Assembly: GCA_963721095.1 (NCBI GenBank)
Contig: CAVRHU010000004.1
Coordinates: 142,187 to 206,186, forward strand
Reading direction: 5' to 3'
Origin: an uncultured Gammaproteobacteria bacterium
Lineage (GTDB): Bacteria; Pseudomonadota; Gammaproteobacteria; Steroidobacterales; Steroidobacteraceae
DNA: 64,000 nt
Shown one piece after another: positions 56,875 through 64,000 of this stretch; position 1 is the first letter of the stretch; the number at the start of each line of letters is the position of its first letter. The notes beneath the pieces are model-generated. The model saw only the letters and a program-made list of their open reading frames with translations, was not told where the DNA came from and ran no database searches. The translations under genes were made by a program, and so were the position numbers.

Positions 56875-59193
56875 TCAGAACTTGACGTTCAAATCAACAC
56901 CAATCGTTCTCGGCTGGTTCGTGGCGATCCGGTTCAAAATGGAGATGTTCGCCGACAGAGCGCCGGTATCGCTCAACAGCGCCATCTTGTTGGTCAGATT
57001 GTCCGCGAACAACAGGGCAGACCAGCGACCCGACTCCACACCCAAACGGAAGTTGACCAGATCGTAAGCCGGCAGCGTATTGCGTGCGAAGGTGATGTCT
57101 TGGATCGAACTCACGTAGCTGTTGGTAAGGCGCGCGACGAAGTTCATATCATTCAGCAGGGGCTGCTTGTAATTCACGCTGGTGTTGGCGGTCACTTCCG
57201 GCACGTCCAGCAGGCGCTGTCCCGCCACGACACCGGCGGCCGGCAGAGTGGTCGAGTTCGTGGCGTTGGTATATCCGAAGTTCTGTGTCAGTACGAAATT
57301 CGACACCAGCACGGCGATTTCCAGCTCGGCTCCGTAGACCCGTGCCTTGCCTGCATTGGCGGTGAACTTGAAGCCGCACGCCGGAGCCACTTCCTGCTGC
57401 ACGTTCGTCCAGTCTTCATAATAGACGTCGCCGTTGATCGAGACACGCGAGTTGAGGAATCGCATTTTCTCGCCCAGTTCATAATTCCAGACGCTGTCCG
57501 GACCGAACTGAGTCGGAGCCGCCGATGCACAAGGTGGGACAGGGATCGGCGAGTTCGGGCCGCCCGGACGGAAACCCTTGGACACCGTGCCATAGAGGGT
57601 GGTGTTGTCGTCAGGAATGTAGGCGAGGTCCAGCTTCGGAGTCACGCCTGAATTTTGCGCTAGCCCGAACAATGGGTTGCTGGTGCCGTTGGCGGAGACA
57701 CCGCTGACGCTGGTCACCGAATTGCTGTGATACTGGTAGTAGCGCGCGCCCAGGCTCGCCTTCAAGTTATTCGGCAGCAGGTAGGACACCTCGCCGAATG
57801 CCGCGTACTGGTCGATGTCGACCTTGCGATGGTTGTCGGCTAGATTCGTCGTGCCAAAATCTGCATTAAAGCCATCATTGGTGTCGGGATAAAACGAGAA
57901 CACATGCGAGGTCGCGCCAAAGCTGCTGTAGTAGCCGCCCACCAGCCACTGCAACGGACCGCTGCCGGTCGAGGCAAGCCGCAGCTCCTCGCTGAACTGA
58001 CGCGTGTAGTCGTCCTCGGTGATTGATCCCGCGCCGAGTCCAAAGAATGTAGCGCCGCCTTCCGTCACGGTCGCCGTCGATGAATAGGGAAACGCGGCCG
58101 ACGGACCGAAAAAGCCGCCGATGTAATCCTGCATCGCCTCGGAAATGTCCTGGGTTTGATTCTGCTGACGATCCCAGTAGGCCGAGGCCGACACCAGCTG
58201 GAAGGAATCAAAGCTGTACTTGCCCGTCAATGTGTACAGATCGAACTTATCCGCGAAGGGCTCCGATACGTCGAAAGGCTGATAATGAGTTTCCGTCAGC
58301 GGCGGGTTGTCGATCGTGTTCGGCCCATCCTGGGTGAGCGATTGATGCATGAAGCCGAGCGTGATGCTCAAAGGATCGCTGGGCTGGATCAATAGCGTCG
58401 CGCGCCCGGCTTGCAAGTGTTCCGTGTTCGAATGTTGAAAATCTTGCGTAACGGGCGCGCCGGCAACGTCGCCGCGTGCAGTACTGCCGTTGACTTCGGG
58501 AGGAAACGGACTCACGACTTTCCGGTCGATCCACCCATCGATGTATTTGTCCGTGCCGACCAGGCGCAACGCGACCACATCCTGCATCAACGGGATGTTC
58601 AACATCACGTTCTCGGTGTGATTGAAGCCGCCGCCGTTGGTTGTGTCAGAGCCGATGACCTCGACATTGGCGGCGAAGGCCTTCGGGTCGGGTTGGTTGG
58701 TCACGAGTTTGATCGTGCCGCCCATCGATCCCGCGCCGTACAGCGTGCCCTGCGGTCCGCGAAGCACCTCGACGCGGTTCAAATCGAAGAGGCTCGGATC
58801 GATCACCGTCTTGCCGTTCTGCGCCATGGCAGCGGGCGTGAGTATCGCGTCGTCCAGATAGAAGCCGACCGTCGGGGACTCGCCGCCGGTGGAGGTCAGT
58901 CCCCGCATTTCGTACTCAGTCTGCCCGGGGCCCGATGTCTTGAAGGAGATGCCCGGCACTTGTTGGGCGACCGACGCCATGTCCGACAACCCTTGCGCTT
59001 GGAGATCCGCTCCGCTGATCGCGGTCATGCTGATCGGCGTCTTTTGCACCGTCGAGTCACGCTTTTCCGCGGTGACAACGATTTCTTGCAATTCCTGGCT
59101 GGGCGGCGCGGTCTGCGCCCACACCGTGCCGGTCAATGCCGCGCAACATCCCAAAGCGGCGAGCGCTCGCTTGATGCAGTATTGCTTCCTCAT
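56875..59193 (-). CDS. TonB-dependent receptor
   Basis: The start was chosen at MRKQYCIKRALAALGCCAALTGTVWAQ, right after an A7G8 tract. The plug region is (EIVVTAEKRDSTVQKTPISMTAISGADL...RGL...VGFYLDD). The beta-barrel ends in ..GVDLNVKF, with a terminal Phe. Confidence 0.92.
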   Translation of the reverse strand: MRKQYCIKRALAALGCCAALTGTVWAQTAPPSQELQEIVVTAEKRDSTVQKTPISMTAISGADLQAQGLSDMASVAQQVPGISFKTSGPGQTEYEMRGLTSTGGESPTVGFYLDDAILTPAAMAQNGKTVIDPSLFDLNRVEVLRGPQGTLYGAGSMGGTIKLVTNQPDPKAFAANVEVIGSDTTNGGGFNHTENVMLNIPLMQDVVALRLVGTDKYIDGWIDRKVVSPFPPEVNGSTARGDVAGAPVTQDFQHSNTEHLQAGRATLLIQPSDPLSITLGFMHQSLTQDGPNTIDNPPLTETHYQPFDVSEPFADKFDLYTLTGKYSFDSFQLVSASAYWDRQQNQTQDISEAMQDYIGGFFGPSAAFPYSSTATVTEGGATFFGLGAGSITEDDYTRQFSEELRLASTGSGPLQWLVGGYYSSFGATSHVFSFYPDTNDGFNADFGTTNLADNHRKVDIDQYAAFGEVSYLLPNNLKASLGARYYQYHSNSVTSVSGVSANGTSNPLFGLAQNSGVTPKLDLAYIPDDNTTLYGTVSKGFRPGGPNSPIPVPPCASAAPTQFGPDSVWNYELGEKMRFLNSRVSINGDVYYEDWTNVQQEVAPACGFKFTANAGKARVYGAELEIAVLVSNFVLTQNFGYTNATNSTTLPAAGVVAGQRLLDVPEVTANTSVNYKQPLLNDMNFVARLTNSYVSSIQDITFARNTLPAYDLVNFRLGVESGRWSALLFADNLTNKMALLSDTGALSANISILNRIATNQPRTIGVDLNVKF

Positions 59194-59224
59194 ATCCCCC
59201 CCCTTTTTTTGATCGGTCAATTAC

Positions 59225-59237
59225 GTTTCACTGAAAC
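59225..59237. promoter_or_regulatory. Palindrome GTTTCA-C-TGAAAC between the AKR and TBDR genes
   Basis: A perfect 6-1-6 inverted repeat within the 73-nt spacer. Its function is unknown; it could be an operator or an RNA hairpin. Confidence 0.25.
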
Positions 59238-59266
59238 TGTGGGACCTTCAATTCCCAATGTTCTTA

Positions 59267-60325
59267 TCACTGCTGATCGGCAACGCGCTGCTCCGGCAAC
59301 GCATTCAACTCGTACCTCATGATTCGACCATGCGCGCCCGAGCGATCGCGCTCCAATTCGTATACGTCGCCCGACGGGCCGCGCCGCCGGCCAAGGACGT
59401 TTGCAATCGAAGCCAGTTCGTCGGGATGAAGGCGAAGCCCCCCGATCTGCGCGTGCGCCTGAAGGTGCGACGTATTCACGGCGCCGACAATCGCCGCCGC
59501 AACTTGGTCGCGGTCCAGCATCACCCGTGTCGCCACCGAAGCGATATCGGTACCATGAGCCGCCGCGACGCGTCTCAGCACTTCCAGTAGTTCTTGGAAC
59601 AGTCGCCACCCGCCGAAGTCTTCGATAATCAGCTTGTACTTGGCGAGTGAGCGGTTCGCCAGATCCGCCGCGGGAGCGGGCTTACCCAGCCACCGCTCGG
59701 AAAGAAAGCCGCCGCAAACCGTTCCATAGCACAGCAATGCGATGTCCTGAGCCCGACAATAGGCCACCATGCCGTGATTTGGACGATCATCCAACAATGA
59801 GTATTGAACCTGGTGCGATGTGATCGGTATGCCGGCATCGACGAGTTCCTTCAGCCGCGGCGTGTCGAAATTCGTGACTCCAATGCGGGCGATCTTGCCG
59901 CCGCGGCGCAGCCGGTCGAGTTCGAGGGCCGTCTCGACGTAGCGCGGAATCGCGAAATCCCACCAATGAAATTGCACCAGATCGAGTCGCTCCTGCCCGA
60001 GTCGCGCCAAGGAGCGATCGATAATGGCCTCCACCTGCGCACGATCGACCGAGCGCAAATCGGAGAGGTCAGGAACGAACTTGGTATGAATCTGAACCTG
60101 CTTCGCATGCGCAGGGTAAGAGCGCCGGAAATCGCCGATCAGGCGCTCGACACCGGTGTAGATATCCGCACAATCGAAGGTGGTGATCCCAGCATCGACG
60201 AACGTCGCCATGTCCTGTCGCGCTTGTTTTGGATCGATGTCCCCGTGATCGCCGGCGAGGTGCCAGCCACCTTTGATGATCCGCGAAATCGTGTAATCGC
60301 CCGAAAGGGAAATCCGGGGAATCAC
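59267..60325 (-). CDS. Aldo/keto reductase
   Basis: The GTG start overlaps the upstream stop in GTGA. ..TTFDCADIYTG.. carries the catalytic Asp/Tyr region, ..IHTKF.. the Lys, and ..GVTNF.. is present. Confidence 0.85.
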   Translation of the reverse strand: MIPRISLSGDYTISRIIKGGWHLAGDHGDIDPKQARQDMATFVDAGITTFDCADIYTGVERLIGDFRRSYPAHAKQVQIHTKFVPDLSDLRSVDRAQVEAIIDRSLARLGQERLDLVQFHWWDFAIPRYVETALELDRLRRGGKIARIGVTNFDTPRLKELVDAGIPITSHQVQYSLLDDRPNHGMVAYCRAQDIALLCYGTVCGGFLSERWLGKPAPAADLANRSLAKYKLIIEDFGGWRLFQELLEVLRRVAAAHGTDIASVATRVMLDRDQVAAAIVGAVNTSHLQAHAQIGGLRLHPDELASIANVLGRRRGPSGDVYELERDRSGAHGRIMRYELNALPEQRVADQQ

Positions 60326-60696
60326 TTCGGATTCTCGCGCCCGGAAGAAGTCGCAGTTACCTGCGAGTGTGTAAACTGGCGGCGGCCGGTGCGTGTGATC
60401 CGAAAGCGCGTCGGGCAATTCGGATCGGGGCAGGCGACCTCGGCATCCGTGGACATCCAATCATTCGGATCACTCATGCGCTGTTTGGCGGGCAGTATGG
60501 GCAACAATGCAGCCAATGAATAGATTGAAAATCCCTGGCCTGGCGGAAGCTTCAGCATTTCGCCGTGCAGCTCGAAATAGTCACCCAAGCGGGCACCACA
60601 ATAGATCGTTCGGCCAGGCGGTCCTGTCACTTCGACGCGCAGATCGTAGAGTTCGAACCCTTCAGGGTCTTGCGATTCGTTGGGTGTCACCGTCAC
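60322..60696 (-). CDS. TIGR04076-like small protein
   Basis: YDLRVEVTG..GRTIYCGARLGDYFELHG...FSIYSLAALLPILPAKQR...DWM...VACPDPNCPTRFRITR matches the pattern recalled for TIGR04076 (..C....GD.F...G...C..AL..LLP.L.A.QR...W...CPDP...F.I.R). It has GTGA overlaps at both ends. Confidence 0.6.
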   Translation of the reverse strand: MTVTPNESQDPEGFELYDLRVEVTGPPGRTIYCGARLGDYFELHGEMLKLPPGQGFSIYSLAALLPILPAKQRMSDPNDWMSTDAEVACPDPNCPTRFRITRTGRRQFTHSQVTATSSGRENPK

Positions 60697-61394
60697 GCGA
60701 CTCCATCCCGTCGCTGCCAGAGCGACTCATCACTCATCACCAGATCGAAAGCACGGCCAATGTCGGCTTCTAGCGCCCCGCGCGCCCCAACGGCGTCCCC
60801 GCGCGACAACGCAGCGAGCATCTCGAGGTGAAAGTTCGTTCCGCGCCCCTCCCCGCCGTCAAACCGCTCTGACGCTTCGCGCAGATAGGGCCCAAACTGA
60901 AGCCACAGGCTCTCGATGATCGGCAATAAAACCGTGGACCCAGATTGCCGATAGATCGCGAAGTGAAAGGCGCGGTTCTGTTCCGCGCTCTCCTCGGAGA
61001 CATGCTCCTCATCCGTTTCGCTTTGAGCGACGATCAGCCGCTGAAGCGTCGCCAGCGATTCATCGGTCATGTTCGACGCCGCACGCGATATCGCCAGTCC
61101 CTCGATCGCAAACCTCGTTTCCCGCAGGTCCTGCAACGCGCTTTTTGACAGAGCCGGTACACGCACGGTCCGGCTGGGCAAGGTTTCCAGCGCTCTCTCC
61201 ACAGTCAGACGGTTCAGGGCATCGCGAACCGGCATGGCGCTGGTGCCAAACGCTGCCGCGAGTTCGGCAATTTTCAGTTTCTGCCCCGGTTCGAAGCCGC
61301 CGCGCATCAGTTGGTCCCGCAGCGCGCAATAGACGCGCTCCTGGACGGTCTCACGGGCAATGCGCGCTAACCCAAGACTGGCTCGAACGGACAT
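60693..61394 (-). CDS. GntR (FadR subfamily-like) transcriptional regulator
   Basis: 233 aa. The winged HTH is ..PGQKLKIAELAAAFGTSAMPVRDALNRL. The C-terminus is an all-helical FCD-like domain (..FHFAIY...). Confidence 0.9.
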   Translation of the reverse strand: MSVRASLGLARIARETVQERVYCALRDQLMRGGFEPGQKLKIAELAAAFGTSAMPVRDALNRLTVERALETLPSRTVRVPALSKSALQDLRETRFAIEGLAISRAASNMTDESLATLQRLIVAQSETDEEHVSEESAEQNRAFHFAIYRQSGSTVLLPIIESLWLQFGPYLREASERFDGGEGRGTNFHLEMLAALSRGDAVGARGALEADIGRAFDLVMSDESLWQRRDGVA

Positions 61395-61408
61395 CGGTAC
61401 ATCCTGTG

Positions 61409-61424
61409 ATTTGTGATCACAAAT
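61409..61424. promoter_or_regulatory. Perfect 16-bp palindrome ATTTGTGATCACAAAT, candidate GntR operator
   Basis: It lies 15 nt upstream of the gntR ATG. The core TTGT-GATC-ACAA fits the GT-N-AC type operators of GntR/FadR regulators. Confidence 0.6.
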
Positions 61425-61752
61425 TTATAATCAAAGATATTTGGTAATGCAAGTGCTGATTGTCGGGTTTGGCGCCTCCGGGGCAATGGTCGGTGACATC
61501 CACTTCAACGGCGTGCGATGCCTCAGATCCTGCGACGCTGCGAAAACGGGGGCGCACGATCACCTCATGTAATATCTATTAAACAATTGTATATTGTTGA
61601 TTAACAGACGATATTTTTTCTGTGCCGGAACTTCCACGGGCACGCAGAACATAATCGGCAGTACCCCACTCGATCGGCTTTGGCAAAGCCATGCGTGTGC
61701 ACGAAACTCTTCGACGCGAGCACCTCCGGAATCTTCATCCTTCAGCGAACAC

Positions 61753-61995
61753 CTACTGCGGATTGCGGTGTGCGGTTCTCGGCGCAGACTTTTTCGGCGA
61801 GTGCTTATGGTGGGAAGTCTTTGAATGCCCGACGATCGCCGGCTGAATCGGCGCGCCGTACACGTGGCTATTGCTATGAGGATGTGGAATGAAAGAACTC
61901 GGCTTAGCGGCGGTATCGCTGGTCTTGTCGCCGGCCACCGATAACGCGGCGTGCGCGAGCGTGAACGCCGCGAGCATAATTGCAAACCGCTGCAT
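61753..61995 (-). CDS. Small exported His-rich protein
   Basis: MQRFAIMLAAFTLAHAALSVAG is the signal peptide, and AAGGA lies 7 nt upstream. The mature part of about 58 aa has 9 His (IPHPHSNSH, GHSKTSHHKH). Confidence 0.45.
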   Translation of the reverse strand: MQRFAIMLAAFTLAHAALSVAGDKTSDTAAKPSSFIPHPHSNSHVYGAPIQPAIVGHSKTSHHKHSPKKSAPRTAHRNPQ

Positions 61996-62094
61996 GTTGC
62001 TATCCTTTGACTGCGAGCGTTCCGGCCAATATAGCAGCGACAACTCGTCCATACACCGATTGGCGGCATTTTGCCGATTGAATTGATGAACGCA

Positions 62095-62865
62095 TCACAA
62101 TTGGTAGCCCTTTGAACCCACCGCGATGGCCAGGGGGCTGCGAGACTCGCTCGATTGTTTCAATCCTTCGAGGATACTGTGGAAGTCGTATAGCGGCTTC
62201 CACCCCAGCTCGGATCTGGCCTGCTCGTTCACATAGACTCGATCAATCGAAGATGCGCATGGGCCACGTCGGCTATATCAGCGCGCCGATACAAGAATTC
62301 GTTCACCTTCAAGTTGGTGCTGTCGTAACTTAGCCGCGCCGTTTCGTCGTCGTCCTGTTCCGGGAAAAACCGGCCCGTTCGCAACACGATGCTCGGCAGA
62401 CCCCGGTCCCGCGCGAATAGCTCGCATAAGTTCTCGGCGACAAGCTTCGTAATTCCGTAAATATTCTTAGGCATGGCACCGTCTGCTCGGTGATCCATGC
62501 GGCCGGCTCTCCTGCCGGCGGCGAAAGCGCGTGCCCATAGACACTGGTGGTACTCGTAAGAACAAACGAACCAACGCCCGCTGCCGCAGCTTCCTCGAGT
62601 AGATTCAGCGTGCCGGTGACATTGACATCAAGGCTTGCCGGACGTGGCTTGCAATATGGGGCTTGTGGAGCGTCGCGCAATTCAAAACCACATCCGCGCC
62701 CACAAGGCAGTCTTTCACAAAACTGCGATCCGTAATTGAGCCCCGTCGATGCGTGTATGCCGAACTCTTGATATCCAGTCCCATGGCCTCATGCTCGGAA
62801 GTCTGCAGCGTTCGCATGAGCGCTTCGCCCAGGTGTCCGGCACTGCCCGTGACCAGGATTCTCAT
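62095..62865 (-). pseudogene. NAD-dependent epimerase/dehydratase (SDR), multiply frameshifted
   Basis: MRILVTGSAGHLGEAL carries the GxxGxxG motif. The gene continues as ..VNVTGTLNLLEEAAAAGVGSFVLTSTTSVYG.., then ..PKNIYGITKLVAENL.. with the YxxxK motif, then ..LGWKPLYDF... in four different frames. Confidence 0.75.
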
Positions 62866-62931
62866 GCCCTAAATGCACTCCATGTCGCCGTGAGGCTCGT
62901 CGTTGCGATTGGCTCGCTGCGCATCCGCTCG

Positions 62932-63471
62932 TTAACGGACGGGCTCCGAGACGCTTCCGGGCCTTTCGCCAACGCGTGCGCCAACGCCTGAACCTCGCGA
63001 AATGCTGCTCGCAATTACACAACTGATGACGTCCAGCGAAAAGCGGTATCCATCGGCCCAACCGCTCGCGCGAGGTCCCGAAACGTTCAACACCTCAATT
63101 TGATGATCTTCGATGAACTTCAGAATCGCGGCTGCAGCCTCGGCCGGATCGGTTGTCTCTTGCGCCCGAACCAAAATGTAAGGCTTCTTCTCCAAAGCAC
63201 ACAGATTCCGTGTAAGCCGGCTGCCACCTTTCAAGATCTCACTGAACAGGATCGCCGTGCCATTACTGTCCGCGACATTGAGACGCGTCCGTTGCCGATA
63301 GCCGCCTTTTGGCAAAGGTGTCAGCGGATACCGATCGGCGATGACTCCATCCTCAGCCAGTCGGTCCCACGTCACCCAACCACCGCAGGAGAAATGCGCC
63401 GCGAGCGCCGCGTCGAGCGCTGCGCGGTCTACGCCGGTCTGGCCGCCGGAGACTATTTTTTTGAGTGGCAT
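62932..63471 (-). CDS. YpsA/'putative molybdenum carrier' (SLOG superfamily) protein
   Basis: MPLKKIVSGGQTGVDRAALDAALAAHFSCGGW.....DG.I..RYPL is the family N-terminal signature. Confidence 0.7.
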   Translation of the reverse strand: MPLKKIVSGGQTGVDRAALDAALAAHFSCGGWVTWDRLAEDGVIADRYPLTPLPKGGYRQRTRLNVADSNGTAILFSEILKGGSRLTRNLCALEKKPYILVRAQETTDPAEAAAAILKFIEDHQIEVLNVSGPRASGWADGYRFSLDVISCVIASSISRGSGVGARVGERPGSVSEPVR

Positions 63472-63592
63472 GCGCCTGGAATCTTCACAACGAATGCAAA
63501 CGCGGTCTATAGGGCGCAGGATGAAATGGGAGCAGCCGCCAAGTCATCGCGCCGAAGCCCCCGCGCCGGCACTTGGCGCGCAACTGTCATGA

Positions 63593-64000
63593 CTACTGCT
63601 TCGCGTTCCAATCAGGCGTCGGCTCTTGCCGCAAGTGCCGCACAAAAAAATCGTACTGACGCCGCAGCCCGTAATCCACATCGCCGGTGGAGCGAAACAC
63701 ACCGTGGCCCTCATTGGGCACGACCAGAAGGTCGAAATCCTTGCGTGCCTTGATCAGGGCATTCACCACTTGCATGGTCGAGGCCGGATCGACGTTCATA
63801 TCAAGCTCGCCGACTACCAACAGAATATGTCCCTTGAGATTCTTTGCGTTGTCGACCCCGGATGACTTCGCGTAGCTGCCATCGACCGGCCACCCCATCC
63901 ACTGCTCATTCCAATCGATCTTGTCCATGCGGTTGTCGTAACAACCGGCATAAGCGACCGCCACTTTGTAGAATTCCGGATGAAACTCGAGCGCACTCAA
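63593..64000 (-). CDS. S9 family peptidase (prolyl oligopeptidase/DPP-like), C-terminal part; gene continues past the right edge
   Basis: ..[13 protein letters not shown] carries the catalytic Asp region and ..VVPNEGHGV the catalytic His. The frame is open to the window edge. Confidence 0.8.
   Translation of the reverse strand: MSALEFHPEFYKVAVAYAGCYDNRMDKIDWNEQWMGWPVDGSYAKSSGVDNAKNLKGHILLVVGELDMNVDPASTMQVVNALIKARKDFDLLVVPNEGHGVFRSTGDVDYGLRRQYDFFVRHLRQEPTPDWNAKQ

Overview
GC-rich (by eye about 60%) segment of a Gram-negative chromosome, probably gammaproteobacterial. That guess rests on an E. coli-like CsrA, a TonB-dependent receptor and many Sec/Tat-exported hydrolases.

About 55 genes look intact. 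They are mostly exported peptidases and hydrolases (M23, M48, S10, S9, a class A beta-lactamase, serine hydrolases, a carboxylesterase, an amidohydrolase), transporters and small-molecule enzymes. There is one tRNA-Met (CAT) with a readable sigma70-type promoter.

The left third (1-20 kb) is scarred accessory DNA:
- TIR-domain genes
- two intact type II TA pairs (RHH-PIN and RHH-MazF)
- an out-of-context csrA
- decayed IS66 copies and an IstB tail
- a truncated HNH-type restriction-like gene
- a group II intron with an intact RT/maturase that lacks an endonuclease domain
- a frameshifted Cre-like tyrosine recombinase

The recombinase's 3' tail and the conserved hairpins downstream of it recur as a repeat unit of about 250 bp at four or more loci; three of the four sit at junctions with truncated genes or a decayed IS.

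At least 15 pseudogenes or gene fragments are visible. Three are broken only by a single in-frame TAG.

The most interesting intact locus is 54.4-61.4 kb. It is a co-directional cluster of GntR, TIGR04076-like, aldo/keto reductase, TonB receptor, MFS and PrnB/DUF1864-like genes, with a perfect 16-bp palindromic operator.

No CRISPR array, rRNA or prophage was seen. All family calls come from motif recognition by eye, not from searches.
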